32,000 nucleotides of DNA. It comes from Byssovorax sp. GTDB lineage: Bacteria > Myxococcota_A > Polyangia > Polyangiales > Polyangiaceae. The first letter of the stretch is position 1, and each line of letters opens with the position of its first letter. Under the pieces are notes generated by a model. It was not told the origin of the DNA and did not search any database. It saw only the letters and a program-made list of their open reading frames with translations. Positions 1-8,398 of the stretch are shown piece by piece. Where the stretch lies: assembly GCA_025362495.1 (NCBI GenBank), contig JANYGI010000126.1:1-32000 (forward strand). The letters are read 5' to 3'. A program made the position numbers and the translations under genes.

Positions 1-1
1 A

Positions 2-79
2 GGCGGACGCCCCGACATTCGCAAGCTTACGAACGTGCTCGACGGCATCAAGGGTTCGCTCGCTCCGCGAGCCGGCTAA
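2..79 (+). CDS. 3' end of an upstream gene (partial, product unknown)
   Basis: The frame is open from the window edge to TAA at 77-79. Codons are GC3-rich (...DIRKLTNVLDGIKGSLAPRAG*). It is too short for any product call. Confidence 0.3.
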   Translation, partial: GGRPDIRKLTNVLDGIKGSLAPRAG

Positions 80-233
80 AAGCCGCCCTTGACGCCGTCT
101 GCGCGCGCTCGTCGTGTCGATGGTAGGCGGCGGGCGAGGGATGCCTCCGGCGGAGGCTCAAGGCTCAGGATATTTCCCCTCACAGAATTCAAAAACGCCT
201 GTCTCACGTCGTTGGCACAGAGGGGCCGCGCAA

Positions 234-1283
234 TTACATCGACTTTCTCCACACCGTGGCGACCGCCCCGATGCGGAACCAGTAATACTGTCGTTCTCCG
301 ACAGCCTCCGTACCTTCCACTCCAGGTATGTGGGTGGGCGCAGAAATGGGGCACCATCGGTCGAAGTCTCCCGGAGTTGCGCACCCGGGGACATTAAGAA
401 GGCCTCCAAAGTTCGGAGGTGAGGAGGTGACCGCGGATTTCTTGATGGCCTGATCCATGAGCAAGATACGCCCAGAAGTGGTGGCGCTCCACAAGGATCC
501 TGGATTATCCATGGTAGTCAGCTTGATGGCGGGCTCAAAGATGCGATTGGCGCTGACCGTAGTATCAGGCATATCAGGAATCCCAAGATGGTTTAGGCCA
601 GGATTATTGCCATAAATGACCGGCCTGCCACCGCCCCCACCTTGACCGAAGCTCCAGCGAGCCACACCAGTTTTAGCGTCGAATCGGATTTGAGTGCCGC
701 CCCAAACGGGCAGATCGTCGGCCGTATTGCAACCAAGGGTTTCGATCGGCACCTGCGTAGTTGGAGTCATGCAGACGATCCGAGACAAATCGACACTGAC
801 GAGCGCATCCTGTTTCAGGGTGATCTCAAATTTTGCGACAAATGACTTATAGTACTTGTCGTCCTCTTCCCAATCATTGTGATATGCGTGATTGTGCTGT
901 GTAACGGGTGCCGAGACTTCGTTGATGCCCGGGATGAGGGGCAGCGGATTGTCATCAGCGGCTGGGGGTTGGGGGGAGTAGTTGTTGTTTAAATATCGAA
1001 GGTGCCCCCAGCATTCTGCGTCGGATTTATGGATCGTGAACCATTTTCGATCGTAAACGGATGCCAGCACACGCGGAGCAGTCTTGTATGGATGCACAGC
1101 CATCGCGCAATCGCCATCATCGCGCGGGTTGGCGCTCGCGGAATGGCCCGAGAACGTTCCTGATGATGAGTATGGCTCCCGCACTCCCGAACTAGTTGTG
1201 GCATCAGTACAGCCGACCGCAGCAAGCAGCATGCCGAAAGCCACTTTGAATACCATGCGAGACGATGCCTTGGTTAAATGCAT
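234..1283 (-). CDS. secreted lipoprotein, unknown function
   Basis: 349-aa ORF in a visibly AT-richer patch. The N-terminus MVFKVAFGMLLAAVG|C looks like a signal peptide plus lipobox. An internal ATG at 1256 is the likelier start. No domain was recognised. Confidence 0.7.
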   Translation of the reverse strand: MHLTKASSRMVFKVAFGMLLAAVGCTDATTSSGVREPYSSSGTFSGHSASANPRDDGDCAMAVHPYKTAPRVLASVYDRKWFTIHKSDAECWGHLRYLNNNYSPQPPAADDNPLPLIPGINEVSAPVTQHNHAYHNDWEEDDKYYKSFVAKFEITLKQDALVSVDLSRIVCMTPTTQVPIETLGCNTADDLPVWGGTQIRFDAKTGVARWSFGQGGGGGRPVIYGNNPGLNHLGIPDMPDTTVSANRIFEPAIKLTTMDNPGSLWSATTSGRILLMDQAIKKSAVTSSPPNFGGLLNVPGCATPGDFDRWCPISAPTHIPGVEGTEAVGERQYYWFRIGAVATVWRKSM

Positions 1284-1413
1284 AGAGTTACGGTAGAGTC
1301 TGATGAGTTAATGTTACGAGGGGGACACAGCGAATAGGTGTTGAGCCGAGTGGGGAACCGCATAGGATGGATAACGCTTGATGATGACCCTCGTCCACAC
1401 CTAGGGCTGTGTC

Positions 1414-2421
1414 CTATTTCCGTCGAAGGTTTCCACGCACAGCAATGGGCGATGGGAGACCCACAAGCATGGCGTTCCCTGACGCATCGCGCTGCGCAAG
1501 GATGGTCACTCGATCAACGTAACTCGCGACCATTTTGGCCGCGGCGTGAGTGGTGGCAATTCGCGACCTGAGTGCATGACCGTCAATACCAAGAACGCCG
1601 CACACCCAGTCGATTCGCTCGAGCACGGCCTTATCGTGGAGATCTAAACGCTTATTTGCCCAAGCCGACATTTCAGCGCAGACGCGCTCGATGTCTTTCC
1701 GGTTTGCCCTATAAGCAACAACGGCCCGCCTCAAGCCTTCTGCGACCGTAGGGTCTACTTTGAACCGATAAAAGCCCGGGGAGGCGACTCCCATCGCAGC
1801 AAGCGAACCTTGCTTATTTTCAGCGCTCATTGCCCGGAGCGTCTGATAGGCCGTATGAAAGATCCATCCCTGCGTCAGGTTGTAATCCAACCAAACTCCC
1901 GGGTGTCCGACAGGCTCCGAACCGCGGCCCAATGCGGAGTGCACCGCATACGCGTCGAGATATTTACTGGGGTAGCTCAGCAGTTCTTCCTGCCCCCATT
2001 TATCTCCCACAAATACGTCCTGGAACCCGCATTCAGTATTCGCGTCGCGCTGATGAAACGACCGTTCTCCTGGCACGTAGCTGGCGGGCAGATCATTAGT
2101 CGTGATGAGCCAAGCTTTCGTTACCTCGGCCTCGCTATCAAGCTCAACAATGTAGACGAATCCATCTCGACATTCGACAATGACCTGTCGCAAAGAAATC
2201 CCGCCGACGAGGTAACGACATAGAATCTGGAGCGGCGTCCTCGCAATAATCCATCGATTGGCATGGTCGTCTCTGTCGCACCACGAATAGAGGAAAGTTT
2301 CGCCATTGGGAGCCCGAAACTCTGACAGCAACGGCCCGTCAAACTCCTCAAGATCCCGAACATGCTCCAGTTCCAGAGGGAGTTTTTCGATCGGGGTCCC
2401 CAAGCCTTCCAAGCTAATCAT
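1414..2421 (-). CDS. hypothetical protein (335 aa), downstream gene of a coupled pair
   Basis: Long ORF with normal amino-acid composition in an AT-richer patch. A GGAGG lies about 9 nt upstream of the ATG (2421). The start overlaps the upstream stop as ATGA (2421-2418). No family was recognised by eye. Confidence 0.75.
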   Translation of the reverse strand: MISLEGLGTPIEKLPLELEHVRDLEEFDGPLLSEFRAPNGETFLYSWCDRDDHANRWIIARTPLQILCRYLVGGISLRQVIVECRDGFVYIVELDSEAEVTKAWLITTNDLPASYVPGERSFHQRDANTECGFQDVFVGDKWGQEELLSYPSKYLDAYAVHSALGRGSEPVGHPGVWLDYNLTQGWIFHTAYQTLRAMSAENKQGSLAAMGVASPGFYRFKVDPTVAEGLRRAVVAYRANRKDIERVCAEMSAWANKRLDLHDKAVLERIDWVCGVLGIDGHALRSRIATTHAAAKMVASYVDRVTILAQRDASGNAMLVGLPSPIAVRGNLRRK

Positions 2422-2876
2422 GGCAGGGGACCTCCAACGATGTGGCTACACGGCACAAGATCTACGCCGGCATACTCCCAAAAGTTGAAGTGACCGTTTC
2501 CATCGGTTAGTCCCTGGCGCCCTTGAGATGCCAAGAGACCAACCGCCGCAACATGTGTTCCGAGGGTCAGGTGTACGAGAGGGTGGCCTTCACGAAAGGC
2601 ATCAAATCGTGTGCGAGCCTGCGTCTCCGTTTCAAACATCGACAACCCCATCTGTGCGCACGAATGTGGCTTTCCCTTCTTGCTGTTGACTCTTTTATTT
2701 GGCATCAGCGGCACTGGGGTAAAGCTTTCCGATGTGACCGGATTCCACACCCATCGAAACACGGCGCGGTCGCATTCGATTGCTCCCGGCGGGGGACAAG
2801 GAGAGGCGGCGGCGACGTGACTCGCGTACTTGAGTTGGCGAGACTGAACGGCTGGGCTTACGAACTTTAAGGGCAT
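2418..2876 (-). CDS. hypothetical protein (152 aa), upstream gene of a coupled pair
   Basis: ORF with balanced composition (MPLKFVSPAVQSRQ...CPPPGAIECDRAVFRWVWNPVTSESF...). Its stop overlaps the next start (ATGA). No family was recognised. Confidence 0.7.
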   Translation of the reverse strand: MPLKFVSPAVQSRQLKYASHVAAASPCPPPGAIECDRAVFRWVWNPVTSESFTPVPLMPNKRVNSKKGKPHSCAQMGLSMFETETQARTRFDAFREGHPLVHLTLGTHVAAVGLLASQGRQGLTDGNGHFNFWEYAGVDLVPCSHIVGGPLP

Positions 2877-3079
2877 GGCCTAGCCAACAAGAGAACGCCA
2901 AGTCGTCGACTTTGTCAACTCTAGCGGGACGTGCGCGAAAGAAGCTGTTCACGAGAGATTTCGCACGCCCGGGGTATCGTGATGCCACCGCTACCACGCG
3001 CCTTATTCATACCGGAGAGCCTCCAGCCGGCAGCATGGCGACCTCGGCCGTCGGCACATGATCGCGAGATCCGCACCGA

Positions 3080-3355
3080 AGGTGCCGCTCGGGGGGGCGT
3101 CGCTCGCTCGCCGCGAGCCGAGAAGCAGCTCGGCGCCGCGTTGCTCGCGCGAGGCTTGTCGCCGTGGCTCGGGGCCGTATCGCTCGCCGCGAGCCGAGGA
3201 GCAGCCCGGGGTCGCGTTGATCGCCGTGAACATGGCGCAGTTCGGGGGCATCGTCGGTCACCGCGTGCCGGGCGCAGCTCGCGGGGCGTCGTCGCTCGCC
3301 GCGAGCCGAGGAGCAGCTCGGCGCCGCGCCATCGCCCGCCGTGAGCCGAGCACGA
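3080..3355 (+). repeat. array A of a dispersed GC-rich tandem repeat (forward orientation)
   Basis: Several abutting degenerate ~36-40 bp units close to CGCTCGCCGCGAGCCGAGGAGCAGCTCGGSGCCGCGTCGT (hairpin CCGAG-N6-CTCGG), e.g. at about 3100-3140, 3178-3215 and 3285-3330. They alternate with GGCGCAGYTCGGGGGC-type units. A tail containing TCAAGCGAGATCCG follows at 3372-3385. Confidence 0.85.
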
Positions 3356-3450
3356 GCACGCTTTTGCAATATCAAGCGAGATCCGCTAGCCCCGCTGCAT
3401 TTGGCTTGTGACTCGCGGGATACTGGCTTGGGCCCCAAGCGCGGGAGCGG

Positions 3451-3675
3451 TCACACCGCCAAGCCGCGGGGCGGGGCGTCTCCGTCGCGCGGGAGCGCCG
3501 ATCGCCCCGCTGTGGTGAGCTGCGCCGATCGCCCTGGACCGAGAACGCATAACCCGAGCTGCCGGAGTGCTCGCATGGTTAACCAACGAACGGAGCACAC
3601 TCGCCCGCCCGTGCTGGCTTCGATCGTCTGTAGCGCGCGCCGTTGACCTGGAGTCAATCCCGGATCTTTTTTCAT
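3451..3675 (-). CDS. small hypothetical protein (74 aa)
   Basis: Internal ATG at 3675 (MKKDPGLTPGQRRALQTIEAS...) preceded by GGTGAGAGA. It is short, and high GC gives many chance ORFs, so the call is weak. Confidence 0.3.
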   Translation of the reverse strand: MKKDPGLTPGQRRALQTIEASTGGRVCSVRWLTMRALRQLGLCVLGPGRSAQLTTAGRSALPRDGDAPPRGLAV

Positions 3676-3850
3676 TCTCTCACCATGCCAATCCGGGCGC
3701 CTTGGCCCGCTTCGCATGAGTCGCCCCGCTTCGCACCGTAGGGGCCCTATCTCGGGCGCGGGGGACGACGCGGGGCGGCCCATGCGGGCGCGCGAGCTAA
3801 CAAGCCATGAGATCAATCACGCCGAGGTTGTGACTTGCGCGCCGGGGTTC

Positions 3851-4060
3851 TCACCCCATGGAGCGCTCTTTAGCGTTCAATCGGGCGAAATGGACCGAAG
3901 GATCACCGCCCTTCCGCGCCAGGGCATCCAAGCCCAGCACGACGAGATCGCGCAACATGCCATCGGTCGAATAAGTAGCGCCGGGTTTCTGTAGGCGCCC
4001 CTTGACCACCTCGATGCGTGAAAGCACATCCTTCGGAACATCCAATGACAGTTTCGGCAT
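3851..4060 (-). CDS. small protein (69 aa), possibly ribbon-helix-helix-like
   Basis: ATG at 4060 with GGAGGTGGAG immediately upstream. MPKLSLDVPKDVLSRIEVVKGRL... has a beta-strand-then-helix pattern compatible with a CopG/Arc-type fold. The fold is inference only. Confidence 0.45.
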   Translation of the reverse strand: MPKLSLDVPKDVLSRIEVVKGRLQKPGATYSTDGMLRDLVVLGLDALARKGGDPSVHFARLNAKERSMG

Positions 4061-4083
4061 AACTCCACCTCCACAGCGTGCCA

Positions 4084-5298
4084 CTACACGCGCGACACCG
4101 TATCGACAAAGCCGGATCCCTTGCAAACAGGGCACCTCCCGATCCCGCCGGTCCCGACGTGAATAAACCCTCCATCACAGGCGCGGCACGTCTCTTTCGT
4201 TACGACCGGAGCAACGGAGCGCGCCGGAGAGGGCGGCGCCGATCCCGGCACCGTCACCGCTTGCATGGACACCATCGTACCGGGAAAGCGAGGCTGAGAC
4301 ACGACCGGGGGGCGGATCGAGCTTCCGATCATTCCAGCTTGCTTGAGCGCAGCCCAGGACATGCGCCCCTCGTCGTCCTGCTCCGCAAGCTCAAGCACCG
4401 GGGCCGCAGCTTGCACGGCTTGTGCGCCTCCAACCAAGGTGCTCTTTCGGGACGCCTCGGGGATGGCACCTCGGGACGCGAGCTTGACCGGCGGAGCATG
4501 CGGGCGCGAGGTTGGACCCGTTCCATGCACGCTTGTCGATTGAGGGCGCGGCCCGATTCCCGCGGCGATTTGCGCGGGCGCGGACGGGAGCGCGGGAATC
4601 GAGGCGGGCGAAAAAAACGGCGCGTGATAACCGCTCATTCTGCCCGGGCCCTCGGTTTCGGCTGTAGGGCTCACGCGATGACGTGAAGCCGGGGTTACGC
4701 CGGGTTTCGGCGTGGTCTCTGGAATGGACGGCGGCGCACTCGACAGGATCAAGCCAGCGGGCTTCATGAGGATCTGAGTTTCGCCGCCGTCGTCGCTGAG
4801 TCGATTCCCCTCGTTGTTCGCGGCGTCCATCTGCCGTGCCACCTCTGCGAGATCCGGCGGGAGCGCAGCATCGGAGGGCGGCGGGGCGGGCGCGACGGGC
4901 GAAGCAGCAGAGACAAGCGGAGGCGCGGCAAGCGGCGCGACGTCATCCGCGGGAGGTGCGCCGGTCATGGTCTGAGGCGGGGGCATTGCCACGGTACTGC
5001 GCCCCGGGGCGATATGCTCCTCGCCCATTGTCCCGATCCGTTCGGTGCTTGCCAGTAGCTTGCCGAGGAGGATTTGCGTTCCAGGTAGCCACGCTCTCAC
5101 GAGGGCACGATCGATCGTAACCTCTGCGATCTCCTCGGTTTCGTCCTTCCGCCGGTTGATATCCTGGACGTCCAGGAACGCCCGCAAACGGTCAAACGAG
5201 ATATCGATCCGTTTGAGTACGAGAAGAGCCTCTCCCGCGTACCAAACGAGCGTGCCCAAACAGACGAGCGCGGCGAGCTGGATCAATGCGAGCCACAT
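4084..5298 (-). CDS. membrane-anchored Pro/Ala-rich protein with C-terminal DnaJ-type zinc finger
   Basis: ATG at 5298 preceded by GAGGTG (the ORF track's longer start at 5373 is TTG). N-terminal TM helix MWLALIQLAALVCLGTLVWYAG, then a long P/A-rich low-complexity region. The C-terminus is CRACDGGFIHVGTGGIGRCPVCKGSGFV (CxxC...CxxCxGxG). It lies directly downstream of the ECF sigma gene. Confidence 0.7.
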   Translation of the reverse strand: MWLALIQLAALVCLGTLVWYAGEALLVLKRIDISFDRLRAFLDVQDINRRKDETEEIAEVTIDRALVRAWLPGTQILLGKLLASTERIGTMGEEHIAPGRSTVAMPPPQTMTGAPPADDVAPLAAPPLVSAASPVAPAPPPSDAALPPDLAEVARQMDAANNEGNRLSDDGGETQILMKPAGLILSSAPPSIPETTPKPGVTPASRHRVSPTAETEGPGRMSGYHAPFFSPASIPALPSAPAQIAAGIGPRPQSTSVHGTGPTSRPHAPPVKLASRGAIPEASRKSTLVGGAQAVQAAAPVLELAEQDDEGRMSWAALKQAGMIGSSIRPPVVSQPRFPGTMVSMQAVTVPGSAPPSPARSVAPVVTKETCRACDGGFIHVGTGGIGRCPVCKGSGFVDTVSRV

Positions 5299-5452
5299 GG
5301 TTACACCTCGCGCACTCGGCGCGGATCTGAGCCTGGCCAAGATTCCAAACGTCGCACCGTGGACGCGAGTCAACGCACCTCGCGGGGCGGCGTTCGGATC
5401 TCGTGAGGGGTTGGGCCCTCTCTATTTACTTCCGGCGACGGGCGCCGTGCGA

Positions 5453-6766
5453 TCAAGGACTCGGAAGGCTCGATTCCAGCTCTTTCACGAGGGGGCTTTT
5501 CGGCGAGCGCTTGCGAATGTCATCGATAGCGGTGCGAGCTTCGGCAATGCGGCTAGCGCGGATCAAGGTTTGAATGCGCATCCTTTCGCAAGCGGCGGTG
5601 AAGTGTCCGCGAGGGTAGCTCTTGAAATAGTCTTGAATCGCCTTGAGTGTCGCCTCGGGCTTGGGGCTTTTGAACGCCACTCGAACGATATCGAATTGCA
5701 CAGCTTCGGCCGGAGTGACGTCACCGGCGGGCGCCGTCTCCGGTCTGGGTTCCGTGTTGCTCGACGCTGGCGGCTCCGGTGCGGCTCCGGTGCTGGTGGG
5801 CGCCACGTTCGCCACGAACACGAGAGGAACGCTCGCGACGCTTGCCGCAGGCGCCTCCTGCACAGTTGCGGCGCGCGCATTCCTGGCGAGCGCGTCAAGG
5901 AGGCGCTCGCCGCCGAGCGTTGCGAGGACGCCCCCAAAGAAGAAGATAGCCGGGCCGGCGATCGGATGAGCCACAAGGGCAGATCGGAGCGCTTGCACTG
6001 CGGATCGGCCGCCGTGCGGAGTTGCGGGCGCATCATGTGACGGTGCGTGGGGATCGGCGGGAGCCGCGCCATCCCCGATCGCCTGTGCGATCCTGGTCCA
6101 GTGGTGCTGCTTGAAATCTGCGGAAACTTCCGGGATCTCATGCGGCCCGTTGAGAAGCGAGAGCGCGCCGAAGGGCAGAATCAACGCGCCGGACTTGCGC
6201 CGCCGTTCCTGCTCCCGATTGTAGCCCTCGGTGAAGACGTGCATCGCCTGGTTGCGCAATCGATAGGCTTCGGAAAGAGCCATCTTGTGACGTTTGGCGA
6301 TGTCCTTCATCGGCTCGTTGTTCATGTCGTACGCGATCATGATTACGAGCGGGAGCGTGTCGATCGGCTCGAAGAATTGAACCGTGAACCGAGCTCGATC
6401 GTTGATCTCCATATAATCACCGCCGTTCGGGCTGCCGCTGGCACGATCGAAATCGTCGGCTAACGGCTCTTCACGTTCCCTGTTCAAACGTTGGCGCTCG
6501 CGGTAACGGCGCGCCACGTTGACGACGATTCCGTGCAACCATTGCTCGTGCGTTCCGAGCTCCGAATCGTAGGTGGGCCAGCGGCGCCAGGCATCCCGAT
6601 ACATCTCCTGGATCGCGTCGTCCCAATCGCGATCGGAGACCTTCAGCCGGTAAAGCCACAAGGTCGCCAGGCCGATCGTCGCGCGGTAGAGCTGCTCGAA
6701 CGTCTCGTAGGCGGAAGGGCCCGGGGGCTCAGACTGCGGCGGGGTTGTCGGGGCGCGTCGCCTCAT
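5453..6766 (-). CDS. ECF-type sigma-70 factor with long C-terminal extension containing a TM helix
   Basis: Region 2-like DAIQEMYRDAWRRW...WLHGIVVNVARRYRE. Region 4-like HTH PMKDIAKRHKMALSEAYRLRNQAMHVF. About 230 further residues follow, including the hydrophobic helix IAGPAIFFFGGVLATLGG and a C-terminal helical domain. Confidence 0.85.
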   Translation of the reverse strand: MRRRAPTTPPQSEPPGPSAYETFEQLYRATIGLATLWLYRLKVSDRDWDDAIQEMYRDAWRRWPTYDSELGTHEQWLHGIVVNVARRYRERQRLNREREEPLADDFDRASGSPNGGDYMEINDRARFTVQFFEPIDTLPLVIMIAYDMNNEPMKDIAKRHKMALSEAYRLRNQAMHVFTEGYNREQERRRKSGALILPFGALSLLNGPHEIPEVSADFKQHHWTRIAQAIGDGAAPADPHAPSHDAPATPHGGRSAVQALRSALVAHPIAGPAIFFFGGVLATLGGERLLDALARNARAATVQEAPAASVASVPLVFVANVAPTSTGAAPEPPASSNTEPRPETAPAGDVTPAEAVQFDIVRVAFKSPKPEATLKAIQDYFKSYPRGHFTAACERMRIQTLIRASRIAEARTAIDDIRKRSPKSPLVKELESSLPSP

Positions 6767-6887
6767 ATTTAGATCTTCCAGCGGGACGGGGCATTTTCCG
6801 AAGAAATCGACCGGCCGTGAAAATAGATCACGCGAGCGCCCGCGGCGGATCCGAGCGCGAGGGGCGGGCCGCTCACCGCGTCACCGG

Positions 6888-7105
6888 GCCGCGAGCCTAT
6901 CACGCGAGAACCGAGGAGCAGCTCGGGGCCGCGTCGTCGTCCCCGCGAGCCGAGGAGCAGCTCGGGGCCGTCGTCGTCGCGCGCCTGGCGCAGCTCCGGG
7001 CCGCGTCGTCGCTCGCCGCGATCGGGGAGCCGCTCGGGCGCGTCGTCGTCGCGCGCCGTGTGCCTGGCGCAGCTCGGGGGCGTCGTCGCTCGCCGCGAGC
7101 CGAGC
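6888..7105 (+). repeat. array B of the dispersed GC-rich tandem repeat (forward orientation)
   Basis: About six abutting units, e.g. CCGCGAGCCGAGGAGCAGCTCGGGGCCGTCGTCGTCGCG and CGCCTGGCGCAGCTCCGGGCCGCGTCGTCGCTCG. A tail with TCAAGCGAGATCCG at 7126-7139 matches the tail of array A. Confidence 0.85.
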
Positions 7106-7311
7106 AAAGAAGCCTTTCGGAGAGATCAAGCGAGATCCGTTCGCTTCGCTGCTTTCGGCTTGCGGCGTTGGGTTTGCGTGACTTGCGGCGCAAGCCGGGG
7201 ACGTCGCCCGCCTACAAGCCGCGCCATGGGGCGCCATGCGTTCGCGTCGGGTGCCGGACCAGGCCGCATTCGGGTGGTCTTCTCTCCCCGACGTGACGTA
7301 ACCTCGCCGGC

Positions 7312-8391
7312 ATGCTCGCCCGCGTCGCATTCCTGGGTGCTCTGCTCGGCGCCCTCGCCGGCTGCACGCTGGAGACTGTCGAGGGCTATTACACCTGCGC
7401 GGATCCCGAGAAGGGGCACCGCGGGCCGAATGGACAGCCGGATCCCTGTCACCATCAGGACGCGGTTGCGAACACCGGCACGCAGTGCGATGTAGGCGAA
7501 TTCGTGCATTGGCAGATCAAGTGGAAGGATCCGACGTTGCTCTGGTTCGGCCCCGCGGCTCAGGCGCCGGAGTGTCCGCGAGGACCGACGACTGTAGCGT
7601 ACGAGGGACAGACCGATCTCGTTGCGCCAGGCGCCTGCGAGGCGTGTACGTGCGAACCATCCACCGGCTCGTGCGCGCTGCCTTCTATCCTTACGACGAG
7701 CACGAGCACATGCGGCGATTTCGCCAGCGGATCGCCGACCTCATTCAACGCGCCGACTCCCTGGGATGGGAGCTGCGATAGCGCGATCCAAACTCCTGAC
7801 GGAGCCGCGCATTCGCTAACGATCGACCCGATCACGATAATCGAGAACGGGTGTTCGCCAGGGCCGCCCGTCGCCGCGAAGGTGGCCTCTTTGCACTGGG
7901 GCACGTTGGCGCGAGCGTGCGACGTCGATTTGCAGAGAGGCCCAGTCGATCGCTCGATCTGCTTCTCCGAAGATATTGTTTCTCCGGGCTTCGCGTTGTG
8001 CATCTTCCGTGAGGGTGAGCACGCCTGCCCCACCGATCCAGGCAACGTGTTTACGGAGCACCACGTTTTCTATAGTGGGGTTCAAGACGATCGCCAGTGC
8101 TCGGCGTGTACGTGCGGGCCCCCAACGAACAGCGCATGCACCGCGACCGTCGCGATTTACAAGGGCAATAATTTGACGTGCATCGATCCGGCGCTCGCGA
8201 CAATTCCCATCAGCTCGAAGAGCAGCACGTGTATCGACGTTCAGCTCCCCGGGCAAGCGCTCGGGAGCAAGAAGTCAGTGGGACCTACAACCTACCTCCA
8301 GGGCACGTGCCCGCCGATGGGCGGTGACGCGAGCGGGAGCGCGATACCGACGGAGCCCGACACGTTCTGCTGCCGCCCCAGCACATTTTGA
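7312..8391 (+). CDS. Cys-rich secreted lipoprotein with internal duplication
   Basis: MLARVAFLGALLGALAG|C lipobox. There are many Cys. The motif CxACTCxP occurs twice (CEACTCEP, CSACTCGP), suggesting two repeated modules. Confidence 0.8.
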   Translation: MLARVAFLGALLGALAGCTLETVEGYYTCADPEKGHRGPNGQPDPCHHQDAVANTGTQCDVGEFVHWQIKWKDPTLLWFGPAAQAPECPRGPTTVAYEGQTDLVAPGACEACTCEPSTGSCALPSILTTSTSTCGDFASGSPTSFNAPTPWDGSCDSAIQTPDGAAHSLTIDPITIIENGCSPGPPVAAKVASLHWGTLARACDVDLQRGPVDRSICFSEDIVSPGFALCIFREGEHACPTDPGNVFTEHHVFYSGVQDDRQCSACTCGPPTNSACTATVAIYKGNNLTCIDPALATIPISSKSSTCIDVQLPGQALGSKKSVGPTTYLQGTCPPMGGDASGSAIPTEPDTFCCRPSTF

Positions 8392-8398
8392 GGAAACC

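Noticed and set aside
76-422. Four overlapping ~100-aa ORFs at the left edge
   Set aside because: They mutually overlap in different frames, have Arg/Gly-rich composition, and show no start context. They partly overlap the 3' end of the lipoprotein gene.
1450-1500. Rx4-6H (RSRIATTH) near the C-terminus of the 335-aa protein as a HEPN RNase motif
   Set aside because: It is a single short motif without the usual polar residue after Arg or the surrounding helical signature. That is insufficient to call HEPN without a profile search.
2881-2990. attC-like site upstream of the 152-aa gene (TAGCCAACAAG on +, i.e. GTTGGCT just before the - strand ATG)
   Set aside because: The core does not satisfy GTTRRRY (GGC at the RRR positions). 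I could find no partner inverse core or arm symmetry within 60-140 nt. It is probably chance similarity to the CCAACAAG motif of the real sites.
2931-3438. Multiple 80-140-aa ORFs on both strands over repeat array A, and likewise 6745-7330 over array B
   Set aside because: These are repeat-generated frames with the same Arg/Ala/Ser peptides as the ORFs over array D.
5045-6040. 331-aa ORF on the + strand
   Set aside because: It is antisense to the sigma gene and the zinc-finger membrane protein gene, has a low-complexity Ser/Arg/Ala composition, and has no RBS.
3080-7105. Reading the tandem repeat arrays as CRISPR arrays
   Set aside because: The units abut one another with no unique spacers of 25-40 bp. 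The units are degenerate rather than identical. No cas genes or leader are present.
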